From Phyllosticta citribraziliensis (Eukaryota), in the NCBI RefSeq assembly GCF_038025025.1, contig NW_027117341.1, positions 1,488,001 through 1,552,000 of the forward strand: a DNA stretch of 64,000 bases, written 5' to 3'. The position numbers and the translations under genes are program-made. Under the pieces are notes generated by a model. That model worked only from the letters and a program-made list of their open reading frames with translations, was not told the origin of the DNA and did not search any database. This document shows, piece by piece, positions 50,569-64,000 of this stretch. The first letter of the stretch is position 1; every line of letters begins with the position of its first letter.

Positions 50569-51828
50569 TCATTTCAAGAGTGAGTAGCCTTCTGAGTAGC
50601 CCTCATCGACCATGTCAGTGTCGACGTCGTCCACAATTTCCACTCTGGTGCCCAGGGCTTCCCGTCCTTCTCTGATCATCGCCTTCAGTTGAGCGTTAAT
50701 CTTGCGTATCGAGGCATCGGCTTGTCGCTCCTCCTTGCGCCTCCTCGACTCATACTCATGCACCTCGACGGGCAAAGATCCCGGGCTTCTGCGGGAGCTG
50801 CCACTGGTCGCAGAATCATGGCGCGAGTGCATCGGCGACCGCGGCGCAGAGAGCGAGGATGGCGACCGCAATGACGAAGATCCAGGGCCAGTGGGAGATG
50901 TGAGGCGACCTGGAACGGAGCGGCGGTAAGCAGGACGTGACGTGGTGACGCGGGGTGCTGCTGTGCCGGCAGGTAATCTCCTAGTCGCAAGCCTTGGACT
51001 GGATTGAGCGTCTCTTCTTTCAACCAGAACCCAGCCAGAGCCAGATTCTACGTGCTGCCGTTTGACGGGCCGCTCAGAAGGCGACTCGATGGGTCCCCAA
51101 AGATCGTCGATTGGAAACTGGCCGGGTATAGGGGTTGCGTTGAAATCGAAAGACTCGTACGCTGAGAAGCCGGTCGTGTAGCCTCTGGCTTCGTCTTCCA
51201 TGGCGTTCGCCTGTTGCCCGGTGCTTGGTATTTCGTATCCTTTTCCACCACCCGCGTAGAAGCCTTTGAAAGCGCTGGTGCGCGCAAACTCCCACATCTT
51301 GCCCGCCACACCTCCCACAAAGGACCATAGACACTGCGGCCACTGACCGGGAGGCTTCATATTCGGCGGCGACTGCCTTTTGGAACCGGTAGCGATTGTA
51401 GGGCGGAGGGGCGCGTCTTCGGTTTCGTTAACAGTCCATCTGCGGCGAAAGTTTGCATAAGGTTCGGTGCGAAGATCAACGTCGACGTCAGACGCAGCAG
51501 CAGCGAGGCCTGGAGTGTCGAGGCCGCCAGCCAACCGATATCTTGTCGTAACGAATGGCACAGGGCTTGCCGCCTCGGAGCGCAAGAGGGCTTCGGCCTT
51601 TGATATGTTTGACCATCCGTTCGCGGTGGCGGAGCAGGGCGGGGTGTGGCGGGGCTCTTTGTTTGCTGGGCCAAGTCGCGAGCGCTTCCGCGAACTTGCG
51701 GCTGAAGACGAGTGGTCCGAAGATGTCCGCGGCGGCTGGTAGATATGGGCGCCAAAGGGAGGGGCAGGCGTCGTGTCGAGCACGGGAGGAACAGGCGTGG
51801 GGCCTGTGTAGGGAGACGGAGGGCCCAT
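50569..51828 (-). CDS. Hypothetical fungal protein
   Basis: 419-aa ATG-initiated ORF with islands RYRLAGGLDTP, VGGVAGKMWEFARTSAFKGFYAGGGKGY and DASIRKINAQLKAMIREGREALGTRVEI. Confidence 0.78.
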   Translation of the reverse strand: MGPPSPYTGPTPVPPVLDTTPAPPFGAHIYQPPRTSSDHSSSAASSRKRSRLGPANKEPRHTPPCSATANGWSNISKAEALLRSEAASPVPFVTTRYRLAGGLDTPGLAAAASDVDVDLRTEPYANFRRRWTVNETEDAPLRPTIATGSKRQSPPNMKPPGQWPQCLWSFVGGVAGKMWEFARTSAFKGFYAGGGKGYEIPSTGQQANAMEDEARGYTTGFSAYESFDFNATPIPGQFPIDDLWGPIESPSERPVKRQHVESGSGWVLVERRDAQSSPRLATRRLPAGTAAPRVTTSRPAYRRSVPGRLTSPTGPGSSSLRSPSSLSAPRSPMHSRHDSATSGSSRRSPGSLPVEVHEYESRRRKEERQADASIRKINAQLKAMIREGREALGTRVEIVDDVDTDMVDEGYSEGYSLLK

Positions 51829-52765
51829 GCTGAAAGGCGGGAGGTGGGCGGGAGAGAAAGTACGAGGGCAAGGCTCGACGGATATAGGAAACGGTAGCTG
51901 TTTGGGCGACGCTGTTTCGAGGCTGGGCGAGTCGCCCGCGTCGACGCAAAAGTCTGGGGGAGCTAGCTTTCTCCGCAGCCAAAAGCTTCACGAGTTCATC
52001 TAGCCCTCACACCCCGGGCCGGGTAAGAGCACAGGCCTTTGTGATAGATGATGGCCATGGCCCGATCGACGATGTCCAGTGCGCCGCAGCGGCTGATCTG
52101 CTGCCTCGACAATGGAAAGCGATGAAAGACGTTGAGAGTACTGGACCTTTGGTCATCTCCGCTCGTGATAGTCGGAGCTCATGAATTTTCTGTTCCACCT
52201 CCTCCACAACATTCGGATGCTACAAGTGATCCCAGATACCCTCAAGCTAAAGACTCCTTGGAACACCTCCCGCCGCTAATTACTTGTCAATGCAGAGAGT
52301 CCTCATCTGCCTCCAGCTTAGGATTGTCCAGTTCTGCTCCCAAGCCTCGCTTACTCGTCTCCGCTCATGACCATGGTTGGACCAAGCGTGACGTCTGGCA
52401 CAGCACCAATCAACAGGCATCCCTCGCGTTCTACAGCACATTAAACAGCCATTGGCCAAAGCACCCACCCATTTCCTGGTTCTTGGTCGAGATCAAAGCG
52501 ATCCGAGCCTACTGCCAATTTCCTCATTAGGCCAGGCGAGATGAATACACGTCCCCTTTACAAATCTCTGACTCGTGTTGAATGATAAATCAACGTTTGC
52601 GGTGCGGCAGCACAACCCAGCCCAACAGCTTCTACCACCACCTAGTACCTACGAGCACAGCATTTTGCCGCCCTCCATGCGTGTGGCGCCCTTGCCATGA
52701 TCCTTGAAAACGCCAGGGTATCCAGAGACCCATTGTGTGCAAAAAGGGAAATCAAAAGACGCGTG

Positions 52766-54363
52766 CTACGCCTTTCCAATCCACCGGCTGTGCACAAAGA
52801 AATCATAGAGCTTGCTGACCTTTTTCTCGTCCACCTTGCACAGCTCTTTCGCCGTCTTCTTCTTCATCATGCCTCCTGATTTGGTAGCCTCGGCAAATAT
52901 TGCTTCTTTGATTGCAAGATACGGTTTTGGCTTGATGTGTAGCACCGAACACAGCTCCTGCTCTGCGGGAAGTAAGAGATGCAGGTCGGCGGCATTCTCG
53001 TCGTTGATCTTCATGGGTGGGAGGCCTGGAAGTGCCTGCACCTGGAACTTTTGCTTTTGCGGTTGAGGGGTGGCCCCGTTTGTCGTTCCGTTTGTCATCG
53101 GCTTGTCGGCCGACGACACGGAAGTCGGCGGCGTCGGCTGTCCGTCGACGGGCCGAAGCACAAGGTCCGGAGCCGTTAGTTGTGCAGTCGCCACGGCTGT
53201 CTCTGCTGGAGGCGCAGGCTTGTTGATGCGATTCGCAGCCAACCGGTCAAACGAGCCCACTGGAGGCCCTCTGGCCAGCCGATGATGCTTTTCCTGCTCG
53301 TACTTTTCGCCCGCCTTGATGGTCGTGACCTGCATCATTCGCCAGTCCTGCAGTTGACCTATTGCTTGCCGCAGGCAGTGCTCATATTCGAGACCATTGC
53401 AAAACTCGGTGAAATCTTCGTGCTTCATCATCCGGGCAAATGGCTTGGCTTTGTTGAGCAGATCGCGTTCCTCCTTGGTCCGCTTCTTCTCCGAGGCTGA
53501 ATTTTTGCGGTACTCGAGCAGCTTGTGCTCAAAGAGAATCTTCTTCCGTTCCACGCGTTGCGTGAGGCGAGCATTGTATATGTCCATGATGGTCATCTTG
53601 AGTTCCATTTCCGGCTCCAGCTCTCCGGTCCTTGGATTGATGCCATCTCCCGGGTCGAATTGCATGTGCTGGACGGCCTCTTCGGCTTCGTTGAAGTACT
53701 CCGTCTCAAACTCCAAACGCCCGGGCATGAATCCCTGTACTTCGTGGCATGCCGGCACGCTTGCAGTCGGTTTTTGCTTTGGCGTCGCTGGCGGCGCATT
53801 TTTGGCAGCCTCGCGGCGCTCCTCTATCCTGCGCTTTTTCCGCTGTTGGAATTCCTCGCGCGGGATGCGGTCACTGAGTTCCGTGTCTTCGGGGCTGGCG
53901 TGTTCGGGCAGTGGGAACTTGGAGCTATTAATGTATGTATTGATGTAGTGGTCCCGGACTTCATCCTTGGTCCTGTATCCGCCAATGTGGTCCGCGATGT
54001 CGGCCCATGAGCCAAGGCCGTACGTCTCGGCGCCTTCTAGCAAGGCCAGCTCCTCGTCGGCGCCCCAGTCCTCGGTGAAGATGGGTATGGAATGTTGTTC
54101 AATGACCTGGTACGAATGTGCCCTAGGGTCATGGTCGCGGGAGGACTTGCCGTCGGCGAAGCACGGGACGCAAAGATCGTAGTCGTGGCAGGCCGCGTTG
54201 GCGCAGCGTATCCGGACCTGGAGGGCGATGGTCAGAGTGGCAAGGGAGGAACGCGCCGCAGAGGACTCACGGTCGAGGTGATGTCAACCGAACACACGTC
54301 GCAGACGTACTTGACGCCGCCCTCGGTGCTGCGCACGGCCGTCTTCTTCTTGATGACGCCCAT
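52766..54363 (-). CDS. ADA2: Transcriptional adapter 2 (SAGA complex): ZZ finger, SANT, SWIRM
   Basis: [81 protein letters not shown] and a SWIRM end ([12 protein letters not shown]). One intron at about 54270-54218. Confidence 0.97.
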
Positions 54364-54937
54364 GGTGGAGGGAGATGGTGAGCGAGCGCAACGGCGCGCG
54401 GGCGCGGAGGAGAGAGGCTCTATCGCTATGGGCCGGACAGGACAGGGCGAGGTACCGAGGATGGCGATTGACGCAGTTGGGGTTAGGCTTGTGCTGGCGG
54501 GGTCAAGGACAGGTCAGGTCGGGTCGTTGGCGCGTTCACTCGTGGTTGTTAGGTACCTACATGGCCTCTGGTAGGGTAGGGTACGGTAGCCCGCCTCGCT
54601 CGCAGTCGAGTCGCCCGGGGAGGCGCTTGGCGCACGACTCCTCCCTATCACCCCAAGCTTCGCCGTCTGTTGCACTGCACTGCTCCTTTCACAGCCACCC
54701 TCTGCCAAAACTTGCTGGACTCTTGATCCATCCAGTCCTCTCACAGCCGCGCCGGGGCCCCCAAAGACGAAGCTCGGTTCTGGTTCTGCGCCCCTGTGCC
54801 TCGCTCATTTCCTGGGCACCTCCACTGCCGCTCTGCTCCAGTCTGCGACACACGGCACTACCTACGTACACTACAGCTGCCCATCCTTCCGCCCTCACCT
54901 CCCGTCCTGACAACAACACCAACAACACCCTGCCGCC

Positions 54938-57111
54938 ATGTCCTGGAAACTCACAAAAAGTCGGCTCGCCCTGCACCACTCCAGATGCATGCCCGCTGAC
55001 CCTCTGCAGAGCTCAAGGAGACCCACCTTGCCCCTCTAGCCAACACCTTCAGCCGCTCCTCGTCCACGTCCACCATAGTCGACACACCCAAGCCCGGAAG
55101 CGCAAGTTCGACCAGCGTCGACTCCAAAGACCCAAATGGCATTGGTATGCTGCCTTGCTCATCACACCAGTCTGCCTCTAGCTGACATAGCCCAGCCGCC
55201 TCCGAAGCCAACGCTGCAGCCCCTCCACCCCCGCTGAAGCCCGGTATCCTGATAGTCACACTCCATGAGGGTCGAGGGTTCTCGCTGCCTCCGGGGGCAG
55301 AGCAAGCATTTTCTGGCGGGTCGAGCCATCATCAAGGGTCGTTGTCCCAAGGAGGTGGTTATCCTGCCGCAGGCTCGATGCGGCCCGGCTCCGGTGGAAT
55401 CGCTGGTTCGTATGCGAAGTCTGGACGGCCGCAGTCCGCCACGGGTGCTATCAACCAGGCTCCTACTGTGCACGGACGATACTCCGCAAAGTACCTGCCC
55501 TACGCCCTGATCGATTTCGACAAGCAGCAGGTCTTTGTCAACGCCGTGTCGGGCAACCCTGAGAACCCTGTTTGGGCTGGCGACAACACACAGTACAAGT
55601 TCGATGTTTCACGAACCACCGACCTGACCATCTCGCTTTACATCCGGAACCCCAATGCCCCTCCAAATGCAGGCCGCAATGAAGACATCTTCATCGGCAC
55701 AAGCAAAGTCAACCCCCGGTTCGAAGAGGCCCAGCCATACGTCGAAGATCCCAAATCCAGCAAGAAGGACAAGGAAAAGGCCGCTGCTGCCCACGCAGAG
55801 CACGAGAGGTCGCTGGGCCAAGTGGGCGCCGATTGGGTCGATGTGGGGTATGGAACCGGAAACCTCAAGGTGGGGGTGCGCTTCGTCGAGAACCGGCAAG
55901 ATCGCCTGAAGATTGAAGATTTCGAGCTGCTCAAGGTGGTTGGCAAGGGTAGTTTTGGCAAGGTCATGCAGGTCATGTATGGATTTATAGGAGTCCTTGT
56001 GTTGTTGAGTGGTAAGCTAACGCTTTCGCAGGAAGCGGGACACGCATCGAATCTACGCCCTGAAAACCATTCGCAAGGCCCACATCATTTCGAGGTCAGA
56101 AGTCGCCCATACTCTGGCAGAACGATCGGTGTTGGCGCAAATCAACAACCCCTTCATTGTGCCTTTGAAGTTCTCCTTCCAATCGCCCGAAAAGCTCTAC
56201 CTGGTGCTTGCGTTTGTCAACGGTGGCGAGCTCTTCCATCACCTGCAAAAAGAACAGCGATTCGACATCAACCGCGCTCGCTTCTACACCGCGGAGCTCC
56301 TGTGTGCCCTCGAGTGCCTGCACGGCTTCAACGTCATCTACAGGGATCTGAAGCCAGAGAACATTCTCCTTGACTACACCGGCCACATTGCGCTCTGCGA
56401 CTTTGGACTGTGCAAGCTGGACATGAAGGACGAGGACAGGACAAACAGTAAGTACAGCCTTCTGAAACGGCAGAATGTTCAGCTGACGCGCGATAGCCTT
56501 TTGTGGAACGCCAGAGTACCTTGCTCCTGAGCTGCTCACTGGGGGCGGGTACACCAAGACGGTGGACTGGTGGACGCTCGGAGTGCTCCTCTATGAAATG
56601 TTGACGGGATTGCCGCCGTTTTATGACGAAAACACCAACGACATGTACCGCAAGATTCTCACAGAACCCCTGCACTTCCCCGGACCAGAGATTGTGCCCC
56701 CGGCGGCAAGGGATCTGCTTACGCGGCTACTGGACCGCAATGCGGAGAAGCGACTTGGCGCCAACGGTGCAGCGGAGATCAAGGCTCACTACTTCTTCCA
56801 CAGCATTGATTGGAGAAAGCTGCTGGACCGCAAGTACGAGCCAAGTTTCAAGCCGAGTGTGGTATGTGTCGAGTCATGCACGTGGCAGATCCTCAGCTGA
56901 CTTTTTTTCGCAGGTCGACCAAAGGGATACGGCGAACTTTGACCGAGAATTCACCTCGGAAGCGCCCACCGACTCGTACGTCGACGGACCGATGCTCTCG
57001 CAGACGATGCAGCAGCAGTTTGCTGGCTGGTCGTACAACAGGCCCGTTGCGGGGCTCGGCGACGCGGGCGGTAGTGTCGTAGACAATGCTTTTGAAGACG
57101 CGCAGAGATAA
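54938..57111 (+). CDS. YPK1: AGC Ser/Thr kinase Ypk1/Gad8
   Basis: MSWKLTKKLKETHL N-terminus, a C2-like domain, LLKVVGKGSFGKVMQV, YRDLKPENILL, DFGLCK, TFCGTPEYLAPE and the hydrophobic motif QQQFAGWSY. Five introns. Confidence 0.96.
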
Positions 57112-57990
57112 GGAGATGGGGGTTTAGAGGGAGCGGGAGCGGGGGAGGGAGCGAGATGATGACTTTCGTTATGAGGGAAATGACCGGAGCCTATGGATGG
57201 GCTTTGCTTGATGGATGGTCTTGATGCGGCTCGGCGGGAGCGGGATGGGAACGAGTCGATGCTAGACTTACATATGGAGGGAAAGATGCGGTGCTCTGGC
57301 GTGGCCCCTTTTGCGCAAAACATGCAGTGGTTGAAGGGACCATATAGGTTGGTCTTGGTTGTTCTCATGGGGGCGGTTGGCGCTGCATTCGGGAACGGTT
57401 CTCTTGACTTGGCAGGACGATAGATTTCTCCTTTTTTGCTTCTTCCATTTTTGTTTGAGAGCGACTCACGAGGTATTTGCAGTGAGCAGCGGACAATCCT
57501 TCAAGGGCAATTGAGTTTTTTCTTGAAAGCTGCCGCCTCGGAGCGCGAGGGGGGCCGACGAGGGATATGGCGGGATCACTCATCGTGACATTGGCCTGAG
57601 CTGGCGGAGAGCGGTTCCAGAAGCATCCTGCTTGGTCAACGGGCAGCAGAGCAGGGCCGATCGCCAGGTATGATGTATGTAGGCGCGAGTAGCCGGTGCA
57701 GAGCGAGGGCGAATTGGGCCATCAAGGTGCGGCCGCTGTCGGATGTTTAGTTGGGTGCTCGCCAGCGCTGAATCATCCGTCCGTCGTCCAGGCCACTCAC
57801 CCGACGTCGTGATCCGCCCAGCCCCGCTGCTGCCCCTCGTCGATAGCCCAGGCGCCGTACAAAACCTAACCCTCCAGCTCCCCCCCCAACCACCTGACGC
57901 AACCTTCGATTCGGCGCGTACCTCCTCCCCCAGAAAACTCTTTCCTCTCACCTCAGAGACTCAATTACCCCCTTCTCCTCTAAACATCAA

Positions 57991-58072
57991 GTGAGTCTTG
58001 CCCATTGACGCCGTTATCCTAGCTCCAACCTCGTGCAACGTCATACTGACTGGTGCCCCGCTTCGTCGACAG
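57991..58072 (+). other. Putative 5'UTR intron of PGI1
   Basis: GTGAGT...ACTGAC...CAG ending 19 nt before the ATG at 58092. Confidence 0.7.
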
Positions 58073-58091
58073 CTCGACAAATTCCACCAAC

Positions 58092-59904
<1,813 letters not shown>

Positions 59905-60341
59905 CTTGCTGATGACGACGGACACGAAGCACGAACGGATAGTCGGTTGTAGGTAATCGGAGTTTTTGAGCGGACAGGGTTAGCACGACCTGAGTAGATT
60001 GAACGATGCCAAAAAAGCAAATACTAGCATGATCTGAATGTCGAAAAAATGAGCAGCAATACGTGCAATTCACGTTCGTGCTGGACTTGGCGCTGCGTGA
60101 AATGAGGTGTTGAACACGTCGATCTTTTTTTGAATCTCCGCGCGTGCTCAGCTCTGAACAACAACATCACAGCTACGCACACACGCATCCGCTGGGCCTT
60201 GCAACGCGACTGCAATGGCTGCTGCGACTGTGCTTTCTTGACGCCTCTTCTCTCCTCCAACCGCCCGTGGACCCTCTCTCCCTAGCGCGACACGCTCGCC
60301 CGCACGCTTCCTCTGACACCCGCCCGCCCCGCGCTACCACC

Positions 60342-60904
60342 ATGGCGTCGCCGTCGCCGTCGCCGTCGCGCCACGATGCCGCTGCTGCAGTCACCACCAC
60401 CGACCACAACCCCCGCCGCCGCGGTGTTTCTGTACCCTCGTCCTCCCGGCTTAGCACAAGCACACAAACACAGAGTCAAAGACAGACGACGCAGCCGCGA
60501 TGGCCATCGGCGGCTTTCTTGGCGCCGCTTCCGCTTCTGCTGCTGCAGTTGCTGCTGTTAGTGCAGCCCGCGGCAGGACAGGGACAGCGCCAGGGTCAGG
60601 AGACGCTGAGCGCGCCACGGTGGCCGTCGTATGGCGTGGGGCAGAGCGTGCCGGTTGAGTGTTTGAATCGGACTGTGTATGTGATTCCTGTCTTTTGTTT
60701 TTTGAGTGCGGAGGGGATGGGAAGCGGTGGAGGGCATGGAGGTTGTGGGATGGAGCTTTGGGAAATTGTGGCTAATTGTTCTTTAGGGACACGGGTGAGC
60801 ATGTACGTTTGCTGTCTTTTTTTCTTCGTTCTGTTGGTTGCTTGGGCGGTTGGCTGTGCCAGACCGGCAGACTCATGGACGGATTGGAGTCCAAGTCACG
60901 TCTT

Positions 60905-60938
<34 letters not shown>

Positions 60939-62510
60939 CGACGATTTTGCATTGGCATTGGCAAAGTAAGAGATGGGATGGGATCATTGGGAAGAGATTG
61001 GGATTCCGGCGCGCTTGTGGGCGTGGGAGATGAAGAGCACGAGACCTTTGGCCTGCGGGTTGTCCTCTTTGCTACCTTACCCTACCCAGTCGAGGTGCGG
61101 CAGTGGGCGGAAGCACTCAGACGACACAGGGAGAATGCTTTGTTGCCGCGTTCTGCTGTGGAGAGGGCGAAAAGGGGCTACAGAGACGGCTGGCTGCTTG
61201 TCTGAGATCGGGTTTCTTGCTTGGACTACAACTCTCAAGCAAGCAAGCCAGCGCAGGATCTAGCCACCAAAATCGTCGTCGTCTTCATCGTCGCGCTGGT
61301 CGTGGAATATCTGTTCCGTCTCCTTCTGGCCCGTCCCGTCGGGTCTGCCTTGTCGTCCAGAAAGGGGGCCACTTGAAAACCTGCCCCCTTCATCTCCCCT
61401 GAATTGTTAATTGGGCAAACCAGACGCTAACGTGCCACTCCACCAACAGATAACAGATGCATCCGGCCAACTGCAATACGTGCCGTTCCCCGTGTGCAAC
61501 GAGACGGGCAAGCCGCTGGAGTTGTACTTTGGCGTTGAGCAAGGTACGCACATATCCCATCCCCCCTTTTGGATCTACCCACGCCCAGAGCTAACGCCCC
61601 ACCGCCAGACCTCAACTGCACAATCGACTTCATCTCGGACCCGCTGTTCCACCTACTCGAGTTCTACGTGCACAACGACGCGCCGCTGACCTGCCGCGTG
61701 CCGTCGCACCCGCTGCCGAGCAGCATCATCAGCCATCCTACTCTCTCCCCATCCGACCGCAAACTCAACCGCAACCGCAACTTCAAACGCACGCGGCCCG
61801 ACGGCAGCCAAACAGTCGTCGACGACGCCGAGGCAAACACCGACGAGTACTCGGTCGACGCCCTCTCCAGCACCGACGCCGGCGCCCTCGGCGCCCAGAG
61901 CTCCGCCTACACGCCGCTCGTCATCGCGCTGTCGGGCACGCTGCAGCTGTCGCACCTGCACATTGCGAGCACGCTGAACGTCCTGCTGCACACCACCTCC
62001 TCCCAATCGCCATCCTCATCCTCATCCTCATCCTCATCCTCTTCATCCTCGGCGAAGAAACTCCCCCGCTCCATCCTCGCCGCCACAGCCTACAGCGCCG
62101 ACGCCGCCACCGCCGCCGCCGACGCCGCCACCCGCGCCCGCATCGTCATCGGCGACGCGCTGCCGCTGCGCCTGCGCGTGCGCTGGTACGACGGCGCGAG
62201 TCCGCCTTACGGCGCCTCCTCTTCGCTCAGCTCCTCGTGCTGCTCCGCGAGCGCCGTCTTCTTGTACTGCGCGCTCAGCGCCGGCGCGGCGGTTGCGGTG
62301 ACGTTTGCGTGGTGGCGCGGGGTCGAGCTGCCAAGGCGGCTGCGGCGTGCGGCGGGGGGGAGGGAGGGCAGGTTGGAGGGGGGGTTGGGGGGGTCTGGGG
62401 GAATGGGAGGGGGGATGGCAGGGGCGGGCAAGGGGTATAGTGGGTATGGGTATAATGGGTTTGGGTTGGGGTTGGGGAATGGGGGTGTGGGAGGCGGGAA
62501 GAGAGATTGA
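60342..62510 (+). CDS. Hypothetical type I membrane protein (hydrophobic N-terminal segment, Cys-containing luminal domain, C-terminal TM, Gly-rich tail)
   Basis: Exons 60342-60676, 60787-60802, 61450-61543 and 61609-62510 splice in frame: VPVECLNRTVDTGEHITDASGQLQYVPFPVCNETGKPL...DLNCTIDFISDPLFHLLEFYVHNDAPLTCR. Confidence 0.8.
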
Positions 62511-63165
62511 TTTGTTGGTTGATTGATTGAACAGATTTCACTGCAGTGGAGTGACGGGGAGTTCGCTTTTTCCGTAGATGGAAGAGTTAGTTAGCTGGGT
62601 GCGAGATTCGAGACTTCTTTAGATGCACTGCGACAGTCTGTCGGCAGAAAGGAAGAAAGAAAGAATAGCTGGCGCAAGCCATCCAATCACTTTCATCGTG
62701 TCGCTGTCTACAGGCGAATTTCAAAGCACCTTTAGCTCACATCATTTCACCGGACACGGGCATGCACAGCAGATGAAGTGTAAATCGTATCTCATTTCAA
62801 GAGCGCTTTTTCGAGAATCCCCAGACACCTCCGCCGCAACCCTCCTCTCGAGACGCTTATCGAAAAACCAAGGGAAGGAGGCGCAACGACCCCATCGAAG
62901 CGGCGGCGGCAGCAGCCGTAACAGACGCAGAAAAGACGAGCAGCAAACGAAAACACCTGGAGAAGATTCGCCGCCGCCGCCGCAACGACCAAAAGAACCC
63001 AGTAGAAGAAGTAGTTGGGGGACCGCAGAGACCAGACGGCAGGAAACGGAAAAGAGGAAAAGCCCACTCAAAGGAGATGTTTTTGTAGCTTCGTGACGTC
63101 TTGACAGAGGACAAAAGGAAAGCGAAGAAGAGGCGAGGGGCGTTCCCAGCACTCGTCGGACCAGC

Positions 63166-64000
63166 TCACCACTCGAGCGGCTCCGTCTTGACGGCGCCGC
63201 GGTTGGTTTTTGGGATAGGTGCCGCCTCGACCATGACGGGACCGCCGCGGCGGTTGCCGCGCTTGAGGTAGCCGGAGCCGTCGAGCCAGGGCCAGTCGCG
63301 CGTGCGCTTCTCCTCGAAGCGCTGGATCTTGTCCTGCTTCTGCATCGTGAGGCCGATGTCGTCGAGGCCGTTGACGAGGCAGTGCTTGCGGAACTCCTCG
63401 ACGTCGAACTTGGCCAGCTCGTTGCCGTTGGCGTCGCGGATCACCTGCGCCGGGAGGTCGACCTCGATTTCCCGTCCGGCCTTGGCTTCGTCGGCGATGC
63501 GGTTCAGCGTTGCCTCGTCCTCGATGCGCAGCGGAAGCATGCCGTTCTTGAACGTGTTGTTGAAGAAGATGTCGCCGAAGCTGGGCGCGATGACGCATAG
63601 GATGCCAAAGTCGAGCAGAGACCACGGCGCGTGCTCGCGAGATGAGCCGCATCCGAAGTTAGGACCTGTGCACACGAGGATCTTGGCCCTGCGGTAAGGT
63701 TCCTTGTTGAGCACAAAGTCGGGGTTCTCGGCGCCAGTCTGGGGGTCGTAGCGCCACGCGTTGAAGAGGGCCGAGCCGAGACCGGACCGCTTGATGGTCT
63801 TGAGGAACTGCTTGGGGATGATGGCGTCCGTGTCGATGTTGGCCACATCCATGGGCGCGGCAATGCCCTTGAGCTGAGTGAACTTGGGCATGCCTGCAGA
63901 GCTGGCCGGGGCACCGGTCGAAGCGGTGTTGCCCTGCGAGTCTACGGGGTCGTCAAGGATCTTGTCAAGGTCCTCGTCGCTCTCGATGTCGCTGACGCTG
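63166..64000 (-). CDS. LEU1: 3-isopropylmalate dehydratase, C-terminal LeuD-like domain (5' part lies outside the window)
   Basis: [47 protein letters not shown] and [15 protein letters not shown]. The frame stays open through an acidic linker to the window edge, as in the fused fungal LeuC-LeuD protein. Confidence 0.96.
   Translation of the reverse strand, partial: SVSDIESDEDLDKILDDPVDSQGNTASTGAPASSAGMPKFTQLKGIAAPMDVANIDTDAIIPKQFLKTIKRSGLGSALFNAWRYDPQTGAENPDFVLNKEPYRRAKILVCTGPNFGCGSSREHAPWSLLDFGILCVIAPSFGDIFFNNTFKNGMLPLRIEDEATLNRIADEAKAGREIEVDLPAQVIRDANGNELAKFDVEEFRKHCLVNGLDDIGLTMQKQDKIQRFEEKRTRDWPWLDGSGYLKRGNRRGGPVMVEAAPIPKTNRGAVKTEPLEW

Overview
Gene-dense, GC-rich, intron-containing nuclear DNA from a filamentous ascomycete. 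It is probably a Dothideomycete (inferred from gene style, GT-AG introns with CTRAC branch sites and microsatellite-rich spacers; not confirmed). About 22 protein-coding genes can be modelled: a long coiled-coil protein, INCENP, an acyl-CoA dehydrogenase, a DmpA/S58 peptidase, HIS5, a PTH11-like membrane protein, a JMJD5-like JmjC protein, UaY/PPR1, an MFS transporter, an FTS/AKTIP-like E2 variant, a degenerate vWA protein, a Snu71/RBM25-like PWI protein, mitochondrial bS21, ADA2, YPK1/Gad8, PGI1, partial LEU1 and several hypotheticals. I found no tRNA, rRNA, CRISPR array or intact transposon. The top finding is that reading through the PGI1 stop (TGA-CTT) adds 16 codons ending in S-R-L-stop, a canonical PTS1, which suggests a cryptic peroxisomal isoform of glucose-6-phosphate isomerase. 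Other leads are a 647-nt intron with nested long-range stems beside a 16-nt microexon, Gcn4/CpcA sites in the DmpA-HIS5 divergent promoter, an overlapping uORF at uaY, RIP-like patches and His-spaced 21-aa coiled-coil repeats. Gene models were spliced by hand and family calls come from motif recognition; no searches were run.
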